A stretch of DNA of 64,000 nt from positions 349-64,348 of the forward strand of contig CASDZZ010000003.1 in the NCBI GenBank assembly GCA_949285875.1, in the 5' to 3' direction. The notes beneath the pieces were generated by a model, which saw only the letters and a program-made list of their open reading frames with translations, did not search any database and was not told where the DNA came from. Source of the DNA: an uncultured bacterium (lineage in GTDB: Bacteria > Bacillota_I > Bacilli_A > RF39 > UBA660). How positions within the stretch are numbered: the first letter of the stretch is position 1; each line of letters opens with the position of its first letter. The position numbers were made by a program, and so were the translations under genes. Below, one piece after another: positions 20,336 to 29,078 of the stretch.

Positions 20336-21037
20336 ATGCAACAATATTTTGCTAAAAATAATTCTTTAGAATTAGAAGAAGGAGATTATCATCATATAAA
20401 AAACGTTATGCGTATGAAAAAGGGTGACTTAATAAAAATTGTATATGATAAAACCTATTATTTGTGCAGGATAAAAAGTATAGATAATTTTGCTTTTGAA
20501 GTTATAGAACAAGGTTCTTGTTCTGATAAACAAATTGAAATAACAGTTGCTTTTTCTTTAATTAAGGAACAAAAACTTGATTATCTTCTCCAAAAAGGAA
20601 CGGAAGTAGGTATAGATAAATTTATTCCTATAGTAACTAAACGTTCGGTTGTAAGGTTAGATTCCAAAAAAGAAGCCTCAAAAATAAGTAGGTGGAATAA
20701 GATTTGCAAGGAGGCGGCTGAGCAATCTTTTTCTTCTAAAATACCTTCTTTAACTAACGTTTCTAATATTGATGAAATTATAAAACTTGACTATGATTTA
20801 AAATTATTATGTTCTTTAAACGAAAAAACAGAAAATATAAAAAAAGTACTTCAAAAAAATAATAAGTGTGTTAAAATATTAATAGTGGTTGGTCCTGAAG
20901 GCGGTTTTGATAAGGAAGAAGAAAAAAAGCTTGTTTTAAATGGCTTTTTTAGTGTGTCTTTAGGAAAAAGTGTATTAAGAGCTGAAACAGCACCTGTTGT
21001 TGCAGCTAGTATGATTAATTATGAATTTATGAGGTGA
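20336..21037 (+). CDS. rsmE: 16S rRNA (uracil1498-N3)-methyltransferase RsmE
   Basis: 233 aa with the SPOUT C-terminal motif VGPEGGF and LGKSVLRAETA. mtaB follows, as in the B. subtilis yqeU-yqeV pair. Confidence 0.9.
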   Translation: MQQYFAKNNSLELEEGDYHHIKNVMRMKKGDLIKIVYDKTYYLCRIKSIDNFAFEVIEQGSCSDKQIEITVAFSLIKEQKLDYLLQKGTEVGIDKFIPIVTKRSVVRLDSKKEASKISRWNKICKEAAEQSFSSKIPSLTNVSNIDEIIKLDYDLKLLCSLNEKTENIKKVLQKNNKCVKILIVVGPEGGFDKEEEKKLVLNGFFSVSLGKSVLRAETAPVVAASMINYEFMR

Positions 21038-21042
21038 GTAGT

Positions 21043-21696
21043 ATGAAAAAATTGTTTGCGTCTGTATCCTATTCTTTTAATAACTTTTATGATAGTTTAA
21101 ATACGCAAGGACAAATGATTTTTTCAGTGATTGTTTTTTTAATTATTTTATTGTGTGTTCTTTTGTTAGTTACATATATTGTGCAGCTTTTACAAGATAG
21201 AAAAAAAATTAATAAAATAGCTAGAAAGAAAGTTAAAACGGTTGATATTAGTATTAAAAATAATGATGATAATCATGAGATTAAGAATGAAGAAAAAGCT
21301 AAAGAAGTCGTAAATCAAATTGCAGAAGAAGAAAGAGAACCTTTATACACTAAAGAGACAACTGAAGTTGAAGATATAGCTAAAAGGGTTGAAGAAGCAT
21401 TAAGGGAAGAAGCTCCAATTAACTTAACTGATTTCGAAGAAGATCAAGAAAGAACCGCAATTATTTCTATAGATGAATTGATAGCTCGCGCTAAGGAATT
21501 AGAAATAGTAGAGGATGAAGAAAGAGGAGTAAATTATTTAGAAAAATATAATTTAGAGCCAGCAGAAGTTGAAAATGTAGTTAATAGTACGATGAAAAGT
21601 GAGCCACCAAAAGAAGTTAAAGCTTTTAAGGTATCGCAGGTTATTTCACCTATTTATGGAATAAAAAAAGATATAGTAGAAAATAAGAATAACTAA
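21043..21696 (+). CDS. Hypothetical membrane-anchored acidic protein
   Basis: I prefer the ATG at 21043 (RBS GAGGTGA 5 nt upstream) to the track's GTG at 21034. It has one N-terminal TM helix and then an E/K-rich region. Confidence 0.55.
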   Translation: MKKLFASVSYSFNNFYDSLNTQGQMIFSVIVFLIILLCVLLLVTYIVQLLQDRKKINKIARKKVKTVDISIKNNDDNHEIKNEEKAKEVVNQIAEEEREPLYTKETTEVEDIAKRVEEALREEAPINLTDFEEDQERTAIISIDELIARAKELEIVEDEERGVNYLEKYNLEPAEVENVVNSTMKSEPPKEVKAFKVSQVISPIYGIKKDIVENKNN

Positions 21697-21736
21697 GAAG
21701 TAAACCTTCTTAGTTTTTAAAAAGGAGTTTATTTAT

Positions 21737-23026
21737 ATGAAGCTAGCAGTATGTACTTTAGGGTGCAAAGTAAATGCTTACGAAAGCGAGTTTGCTATTA
21801 AAGAATTTAAAAAATTAGGTTATGAAATAGTTGATTTTGATAGTTATGCAGATGTTTATTTAATAAATACTTGTACGGTTACTAATACCAGTGATCAAAA
21901 ATCTAGGAAGATGATCAGACAAGCTAGAAAAAAAAATAAGGATGCTGTAGTAGCAGTTATGGGATGTTACACACAAATAAGAAAAAATAATGATCATATT
22001 TTAGATGTTGCTGATATTATTATTGGTAATACTAATAAAAGTAACATAGCTAAACTTGTTACTGATTACATAAAAAATAAAAATAAAATTTTAAAGGTAG
22101 AAAATATTTCAGAAGCCAAGTTTGAAGATATGAACTTAGAAGATTTTTTAACTAAAACTAGAGCTTTTGTTAAGATTGAAGATGGGTGTGAAAATTTTTG
22201 TACATATTGTATTATTCCGTATGCTAGAGGTAAGGTAAGGAGTAAAAAAAGGAAAAATATATTAGAAGAAGTAAAATCTTTAGTAGCTAAAGGACATAAA
22301 GAAATTGTTTTAACAGGTATTCATACGGGACATTATGGTGCTGATTTAGAAGATTACGATTTTAGTGATTTACTTTTGGATTTAGAAAAAATAGAAGGTT
22401 TAGATAGAATAAGAATTTCTTCAATTGAAATTACTGAACTAAATGATAAGTTTTTAGATGTTTTAAAAAAGTCGAAGAAGATAGTTAATCATTTACATAT
22501 TCCTTTGCAAGCTGGAAGTGACCATATTTTAAAATTAATGAACAGAAAATATGATCTTTCTTACTTTACTAATAAGATTAACAAAATAAGAGAAATAAGA
22601 CCTTTGATAGCTATTACAACGGATGTTATTGTTGGTTTTCCTAAAGAAACTAGTGAAGACTTTTGTGCAACCATAGAATATGTAAATAAAATAAAATTTG
22701 CTGGAGGTCACGTTTTTCCTTATTCTATTAGGGAAGGAACTCCTGCTGCTAAAATGAATGGTCAATTAACCAAAGAACAAAAGCACGAAAGAAGCAAGAA
22801 ACTTATAAAGGAATTTGAAAAGTTAGAAGAAGAATATTATAAAAAATTTATTAATAATAAAATGATTATTATTCCAGAGAAAAAAGAAGAAGGTTATTTA
22901 ACGGGTCATACGGATAATTATTTAAAAGTTAAAATAGAAGGCTGTGAAAATTTAATAGGTAAAGAGATACTAGTTAAAATACTTAAGTATGAAGATAAGG
23001 TTTTAATAGGAAAGATAGTTAGCTAG
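21737..23026 (+). CDS. mtaB: tRNA (t6A37) methylthiotransferase MtaB (radical SAM MiaB-like)
   Basis: N-terminal UPF0004 domain (CTLGCKVNAYES), radical SAM CENFCTYC, C-terminal TRAM-like region. It sits at the conserved position after rsmE. Confidence 0.85.
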   Translation: MKLAVCTLGCKVNAYESEFAIKEFKKLGYEIVDFDSYADVYLINTCTVTNTSDQKSRKMIRQARKKNKDAVVAVMGCYTQIRKNNDHILDVADIIIGNTNKSNIAKLVTDYIKNKNKILKVENISEAKFEDMNLEDFLTKTRAFVKIEDGCENFCTYCIIPYARGKVRSKKRKNILEEVKSLVAKGHKEIVLTGIHTGHYGADLEDYDFSDLLLDLEKIEGLDRIRISSIEITELNDKFLDVLKKSKKIVNHLHIPLQAGSDHILKLMNRKYDLSYFTNKINKIREIRPLIAITTDVIVGFPKETSEDFCATIEYVNKIKFAGGHVFPYSIREGTPAAKMNGQLTKEQKHERSKKLIKEFEKLEEEYYKKFINNKMIIIPEKKEEGYLTGHTDNYLKVKIEGCENLIGKEILVKILKYEDKVLIGKIVS

Positions 23027-23053
23027 TTATTATAAACGTTAGGAGGGATTGAA

Positions 23054-24119
23054 ATGGAAACTTTTATTAAAGGGACTTATAAAAAAAATATTTTTTCTTC
23101 TAACGATGGTTTTACGGTCGGTTTAATTAAAATAAAGGATACTAATGATCAAGATTTAACAGATTATAATGATAAGTTGTTTACCTTTACCGGATTATTT
23201 GCGGAACTAAAACTTGAGGAAGATTACATTTTTTATGGAGAAGTAATTGATAATTTAAAATATGGATTACAGTATAAGGTTACTAAATACGAAAAGATTA
23301 TGCCTCAAGATAAAGATGGTTTAATAACATTTTTATCAAGTGATATATTTCCTAAAGTGGGTGAAAAAACCGCAAAAAATATTGTTGAATGTTTAGGAGA
23401 AAATTGCTTGGATAAAATTTCTAGTGATTATGAGTGCCTTCTTAAAGTGCCTAAAATGACAGAAAAAAAAGCTATGGAAATACACTCAAGATTAGTTAAG
23501 TATAACGAAAGTTACCAAACTGTTATTTATTTGGTTAATTTTGGTTTTAGCATGAAAGATGCTCTTAAAATTTATAACCATTATTATGAAGATACAATAA
23601 GAGTAGTAGAAAATAATCCATATGAGTTAATTGATACAATAGATGGTATTTCATTTAATAAAATAGATGAGCTAAGGGAAAAAACAAATGTTTCAGTTGA
23701 TGATGAAAGAAGAATTGAAGCTTTAATAATAAGTATAATGAAAAATATATGTTTTCAAAAAGGAGATACTTATTTAGACTTTAATACTATTTATAGTGCT
23801 GTTACGTCGGTTTATGAACTGGATATTAATGAAGAAAAGGTAAAATATTATTTAATAATGCTTTGCCAGTTGGGTAAAATAATAATAGAAGATGATAAAT
23901 ATATATTATATAGCTATTATAAAGCAGAAAATTATATAAGTACTTCAGTTTATAATATAACAAATAAAGAAGATGTTAAAATTAAAGATATAGATTTAAA
24001 AATAGAAAGGCTAGAACTTTTTTTTGATATAAAATATAATGAGGAACAAATAAAAGCTATAAAACAAGCATTGGTTAAGAATTTTTCTATTATAACGGGA
24101 GGCCCAGGTACGGGAAAAA
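23054..24119 (+). CDS. recD2: RecD2-type ATP-dependent DNA helicase, exon 1 (ends after the first base of the Walker A Thr codon)
   Basis: RecD2-like N-terminus ending ...FSIITGGPGTGK. The intron 5' end GTGCG starts at 24120. The track ORF's tail (SATSLVVK stop) is intron sequence. Confidence 0.88.
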
Positions 24120-24904
24120 GTGCGACAAGTTTAGTAGTCAAATAAACAAAGCTACTACATTATCTAAGATAATGAACTGATAGTCTGAGATGAGAATTGA
24201 TAGGGTAACGCCTTGAAGCTCACTGCTAATACTTCGACATGCAGGAGTTGGTAACAAACCTGTGTGAAGCTCGAGGAAGTCGGCTGAAGAACACCCTAGA
24301 ACAGAAAATTATTAAGTAATGTTGGTACAAAAGTGTCTAGAGACCGCCCGCAGGAAAGATAATAGAGTATGTTCAAGGAAAAATGAGTCAATAACTCATG
24401 TGTTTGATAGGTCGGGCATCTATAAAATAACTATGGTTAGAATGTATTCAAAATACTGACGAACCTCCGAATGTAAGTCTCGTAAAAGTGGAAAGAGTCG
24501 AAAGGGCTCGGGATAGTTATATGCCAGAGGGCAGACTGAATTTTTTCTAAGTTCGACCTTAATCGTTACAGGCGATTGCGGTATATCGGGATAGAGGAGT
24601 GAACCTAAGGTTATATGGTAAAAGATAAGGCTATCGGAACTTGGAATTATCCAACCTTAAGCTTTAAGGTTTAAGGTAGCAGAATCGAAAACATTTAATA
24701 ATGTATAAGTTATGCGTAATGGATAATAAGCGGTGGTATTACTTACGATGTTTCTTGTAATGAGAAACGGAGGGATGACCACTAGTCATAATATAAGATT
24801 AACGTAAACTTACATCAAAATTTTATATAGCAAATTGCGAGTAAGAATAATAAACTTCGTAAGTTGGGAAGTTAACTCTTCGCAGAAATCGAGGTGAATA
24901 CGTT

Positions 24905-26845
24905 ATGAAAGATAAAAACTTTACACGAAAAGAAAAATCTGCATATTATTCACAATGTTTGCAGATGTACCAAGGTTTATATGAGTTAACAAAAGAACAA
25001 ATTAAAGATAAAGGTTATGCTTCGCATAAAAGCTTAATGTATAAAATAGCTTCTACAAAGAATATAGTGAATGCAATAAGAAGTATTTCAAAAAACACAG
25101 GCGGAAGAACCGCTGGTGTGGATGGAACTACCATTAGGGATGTTAAGAAATATAATAACTCAGAAATGGTAAGAAGAATACAAAATAAACTTCTAGGTAA
25201 CAACTATCAACCTAAAAGAATTAAAAGAGTATATATTCCTAAAAATAATGGGGATTTAAGACCTCTTGGAATTCCAACAATAGAAGATAGAATTATACAG
25301 CAAGCAATAAAGCAAGTACTTGAACCAATAGCAGAAGCTCAATTTTCAAGAGTAAGCTCAGGATTTAGACCAGGAAGGTCTGCTCATAATGCAATGGCAC
25401 AAGTAGACAATATGATACAAATGTCTAAAATGAGTTGGTGTGTCAAATGTGACATAAAAGGATTCTTTGACAATGTTGACCATAATAGATTAATTAAAGC
25501 ATTGTGGAGTTTTGGTATAAGAGACAAAAAAGTTCTTAGTATTATCAAAACAATATTAAAAACAGAAATAGTAGATATGGATGGCACAGTAACAAAACCT
25601 GAAAAAGGAACGCCACAAGGCGGAGTTATAAGCCCGCTACTAGCAAATATTTACTTAGATGCTTTAGACAAATGGATAGAATCTCAATGGACACATTTTA
25701 AAACAAGGCACACATATTACTCAGATATAAGAGATAAGAGCTATCAAAGACCAAATCAAAATAAGAAATATAGAGCACTTCGAAGTAACTCAAAAATGAA
25801 AGAAATGTATATTATTCGATATGTAGATGATTTTTTGATTTTTACAAACAGTAAAGAAAATGCAGAGAAAATAAAACATGCTACTATATTATGGTTAAAA
25901 CAAAATTTAAAACTTGAGTGTAGTCTTGAAAAAACAAAGCTCATAGACCTTAAAAATGAATTTGCAGAATTTCTGGGATTCAAATTTAAAATATCCAATA
26001 GAGTAAAAGTAACATCTAAAGGAAATAAAAAATATATTATAGATTCACATATTGCAGATAAGTCGCTTAAAAATATAAAAGAAAAGTTGAACAAACAAAT
26101 CGATTATATAGCTACTGCAAATGATAATATAACATTTCATAAAGCCATACAAATTTACAATAGCATGGTAATGGGCATTCATAATTATTTCTGTGTTGCT
26201 CATGGAGTTAATAATGATTTAAGCCGAATTGGCTGGGATATTCAAAGGAAACTCTATAACAAAGTTCTCAAAGATTATCCAGACAGAAACTCTACACCAG
26301 AAAATTATCTTCCGTGTTACCAGATAATAGTAAATAAATATGGTACTTCCAAAGAGCTAAAATGGTGCAAAGGAATTCCGATAATTCCAATCAGGTATGT
26401 ACAATTTAAAGCTCCAATAAGCTTTAATGAAGGTTATAATCTATATGATATAGAAAATAATCTAAATACAATAAACCTTGAAGATATGGCAAAAATAATT
26501 GCATATTTTTCAAGTGATGTGCATAATGAACGAGACACAACGGAATTATACGAAAACAAAATCAGTAGATTAGTTAGCCAAAAAGCTCTCTGTTATATTA
26601 CGAAAACACCGTTGATATATGGAGAAATAGCTACACATCATATACTTCCTGTACATCTTGGTGGAACTGATAAATATGAAAATATTATCATAATACAAGA
26701 AAGAGTTCATGAACTAATACATAATTCAGAATCACTACAAGAAGCATTAGAGAAGCTCAAATCGGAATATTCAACGGGAAAAAGAATCGAAAAGATGTTT
26801 ACTGAAATCTATATTAAAGCGAACCCTGAGAAATCTAAAATTTAA
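24905..26845 (+). CDS. Group II intron-encoded protein: reverse transcriptase, maturase (X) and HNH endonuclease domains
   Basis: RT blocks RPLGIPTIEDRIIQQA, DIKGFFDNVDH, GTPQGGVISPLLANIYL and RYVDDFLIF (YxDD). The C-terminal HNH reads HHILPVHLGGTDKYENIIIIQERVHELIH. RBS GAGGTGA. Confidence 0.95.
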   Translation: MKDKNFTRKEKSAYYSQCLQMYQGLYELTKEQIKDKGYASHKSLMYKIASTKNIVNAIRSISKNTGGRTAGVDGTTIRDVKKYNNSEMVRRIQNKLLGNNYQPKRIKRVYIPKNNGDLRPLGIPTIEDRIIQQAIKQVLEPIAEAQFSRVSSGFRPGRSAHNAMAQVDNMIQMSKMSWCVKCDIKGFFDNVDHNRLIKALWSFGIRDKKVLSIIKTILKTEIVDMDGTVTKPEKGTPQGGVISPLLANIYLDALDKWIESQWTHFKTRHTYYSDIRDKSYQRPNQNKKYRALRSNSKMKEMYIIRYVDDFLIFTNSKENAEKIKHATILWLKQNLKLECSLEKTKLIDLKNEFAEFLGFKFKISNRVKVTSKGNKKYIIDSHIADKSLKNIKEKLNKQIDYIATANDNITFHKAIQIYNSMVMGIHNYFCVAHGVNNDLSRIGWDIQRKLYNKVLKDYPDRNSTPENYLPCYQIIVNKYGTSKELKWCKGIPIIPIRYVQFKAPISFNEGYNLYDIENNLNTINLEDMAKIIAYFSSDVHNERDTTELYENKISRLVSQKALCYITKTPLIYGEIATHHILPVHLGGTDKYENIIIIQERVHELIHNSESLQEALEKLKSEYSTGKRIEKMFTEIYIKANPEKSKI

Positions 26846-26880
26846 ACAGTAAGTGAAAAGTTAACTTATATTATGATGGC

Positions 26881-26914
26881 ACGCCGTGTGCGGTGAAAGT
26901 CGCATGCACGGTGT
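26881..26914 (+). ncRNA. Group II intron domain V (catalytic hairpin)
   Basis: ACGCCGTGTGCGGTGAAAGTCGCATGCACGGTGT matches the 34-nt DV consensus (GAGCCGUAUGCGAUGAAAGUCGCACGUACGGUUC) at most positions. The triad reads CGC rather than AGC. Confidence 0.85.
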
Positions 26915-26963
26915 AGAGCGGGGGAAAAGCTGGAGATAATATCAAAGGCTTACCTATCGCTAT

Positions 26964-28087
26964 CTACAATAATAAAAGGTATTGTTCAACTTTATAAGAT
27001 GGTTTATGGTTATTCTCCAGATAAGTTAAAAGAAAAAATGGTTCTTTTGGCACCTACGGGAAGAGCGGCCAAAAGAATGAGTGAAGCTTGTAATTATCCT
27101 GCGTGCACGATTCATAGATATTTAAAATGGAATAAAGAAACTGGAAAATTTGGTTTTGATGAACGAAATAAAGTTTCGGCAGAATTTATTATAGTAGATG
27201 AAACCAGTATGATAGATACAGAACTACTATATAACTTTCTAAAAGCACTACCTAGTAATATTAAGCTTGTGTTTATAGGAGATTATAATCAGCTTGAAAG
27301 CGTTGCTCCAGGGAAAATTTTAAAAGATTTAATTGAATCTGAAATAGTAAATACGATATTTTTAAAAGAAATATACCGTCAAGAGCAAAACTCTTATATT
27401 ACTGAACTTGCTTATGAAGTTAATAAGAGTGAGCTAGCCGAAACTTTTTTAGATAAAAAAGATGATTATAATTTTATAAGTTGCACGGATGATGAAATTT
27501 TAAAAATAACTTGTTTGTTAGCTAAAAAGGCAATGGATAAAGGTTATGATTTGCAAAACATTCAGGTTCTAGCTCCTATGTATAAAGGTATTAACGGTAT
27601 AGATAATTTAAATAAAATTTTGCAAAATATATTCAATCCGAGAGATAATTTAAAAAATGAAACTTATGATGCTGATATAATATATAGAGAAGGAGATAAA
27701 ATTCTTCAGTTAGAAAATATGCCAGATGATAATGTTTTTAATGGAGATATTGGTTTTATTGAAAAAATAGATGGTAAAGATATTTTGGTGGATTTTGATG
27801 GAAATAAAGTTATTTATAAACCAAAAGATTATAGAATGATTAAACATGGATATGCCATAAGTATTCATAAGGCTCAAGGAAGTGAATTTGAAATCGTTAT
27901 AATGCCGGTTACTAATGCTTATAAAATGATGCTTTATAAAAAAATCGTTTACACTGGTATAACAAGAGCTAAAAAATCTTTGATGTTAGTAGGCGATCCA
28001 AAGGCTTTTTGCAAGGCTGTATATAATACTCAAAACAAAGAAAGGAATACTTTATTGAAAACTTTATTAATTAGTAATATTTTATAG
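26964..28087 (+). CDS. recD2: RecD2-type helicase, exon 2
   Basis: Continues in frame as (T)TIIKGIVQLYKMVYGY...LLAPTGRAAKRM, IIVDETSMID (Walker B), and a SH3-like/2B region up to VYTGITRAKKSLMLVG. Confidence 0.88.
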
Positions 28088-28168
28088 TATATAAAAAATA
28101 ATAAAGTACATATTAATAATGGCATGATTATTATGCCACATTCATATTTTTGTTGCGAGGTGATTTGA

Positions 28169-28333
28169 ATGAAAGCTCTAAATAATCTTGGTTGGATGCT
28201 TTTAGGTGTTGCGGTTGGTTCGGGAGCTTTATATTGCTATAACGAATACTCGTGCACTGGAAGTATAAAGCAAACTATGGATAAGGTTAAAAAAACAGCA
28301 AGTAATAAGCTTGAAAATATGATGGAAAAATAG
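28169..28333 (+). CDS. Small membrane protein (54 aa), not in the ORF track
   Basis: ATG at 28169 with RBS GAGGTGA 6 nt upstream. Sequence MKALNNLGWMLLGVAVGSGALYCY... has one TM helix and a charged tail. A strong terminator follows. Confidence 0.5.
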   Translation: MKALNNLGWMLLGVAVGSGALYCYNEYSCTGSIKQTMDKVKKTASNKLENMMEK

Positions 28334-28350
28334 TTTCTTATAAAGAAACA

Positions 28351-28385
28351 AAAAATAGCAAACTAAGCTTTGCTATTTTTTATTT
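28351..28385 (+). terminator. Intrinsic terminator
   Basis: 12-bp stem AAAAATAGCAAA / TTTGCTATTTTT with a 6-nt loop and a T-run. A second 7-bp hairpin (GTTTCTT/AAGAAAC) precedes it at 28333..28349. Confidence 0.75.
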
Positions 28386-28430
28386 TTGTATTATAATTAA
28401 ATTGTAGAATATAGTACTGGAGGAGTTTAT

Positions 28431-28991
28431 ATGGAAAAGAAAATTAACAGAATGTGTAACGTATCTTTAATAATGTCTATAATTTTTATAGTAATAGGTT
28501 TATTTTTATTTATTAAACCAGATACTACAATATCTATTATATCTTTTGTAATAGGAGGTGCATTATTACTTAGTGGAATTTTTTCTACTTATAGATATTT
28601 TTCTTCTGATGAAATTATAAATGCTTTTAATTTTGATCTTATTTATGGGGTATTACTTTTTATAGCAGGTGTTTTTATGATTTTTAATCCTACTGCATTA
28701 GCTACCTTATTTCCAATAATTTTAGGTATTTGGATTATTATTAACAGCGTAACAAAATTTCAATATGCTAGAGTTTTAAAAAAAGCTAAAAATGAAGATT
28801 GGGTATATACTACTTTTATATCAATTTTAACGTTAATTTGGGGGATAGTGCTTTTATATAATCCTTTAAAATCTATTTTAGCAATAACACAAATTATAGG
28901 AGTATTTATAATTGTATATGCTGTTTTAGATATATTTGATAATATGCTTATAAAGAAAAATATAAAAAATATTTTAGATATGTTTAAATAG
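28431..28991 (+). CDS. HdeD/DUF308-like polytopic membrane protein
   Basis: 186 aa with ~6 TM helices in the paired pattern typical of the DUF308 (HdeD) family. Confidence 0.6.
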   Translation: MEKKINRMCNVSLIMSIIFIVIGLFLFIKPDTTISIISFVIGGALLLSGIFSTYRYFSSDEIINAFNFDLIYGVLLFIAGVFMIFNPTALATLFPIILGIWIIINSVTKFQYARVLKKAKNEDWVYTTFISILTLIWGIVLLYNPLKSILAITQIIGVFIIVYAVLDIFDNMLIKKNIKNILDMFK

Positions 28992-29078
28992 GTAAATTAT
29001 TTACATATGAAAAACTTTAACGTGTAAGTACACTTAAAAATATGTTACAATTTATGTGATGAAAAGGAGGTTAGAGTA

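Larger units (their letters stand above)
24120..26963 (+). mobile_element. Group II intron (2,844 nt) with an intron-encoded RT/maturase/HNH protein
   Basis: The 5' end reads GTGCGAC. The ORF sits in domain IV. Domain V is at 26881..26914. The 3' end is ...CCTATCGCTAT, with a candidate branch A at 26956 (position -8). Removing 24120..26963 joins GGA AAA A|CT ACA ATA ATA AAA GGT, which reads GKTTIIKG and restores the Walker A motif and reading frame. Confidence 0.93.

Noticed and set aside
24905-26845. The reverse transcriptase ORF as a possible retron, DRT or Abi-type defence RT.
   Set aside because: It is flanked by hallmark group II intron RNA features: 5' GTGCG, domain V 36 nt after the stop, and a 3' ...AT end. 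Precise excision restores the recD2 Walker A, so it is an intron-encoded protein.
23054-28087. The two helicase ORFs (23054..24145 and 26999..28087) as separate genes or as a decayed pseudogene.
   Set aside because: They join in frame at 24119/26964 once the intron is removed (GPGTGK-T-TIIKG). The ORF-track tail SATSLVVK and the Met at 26999 are artefacts of reading through the intron boundaries.
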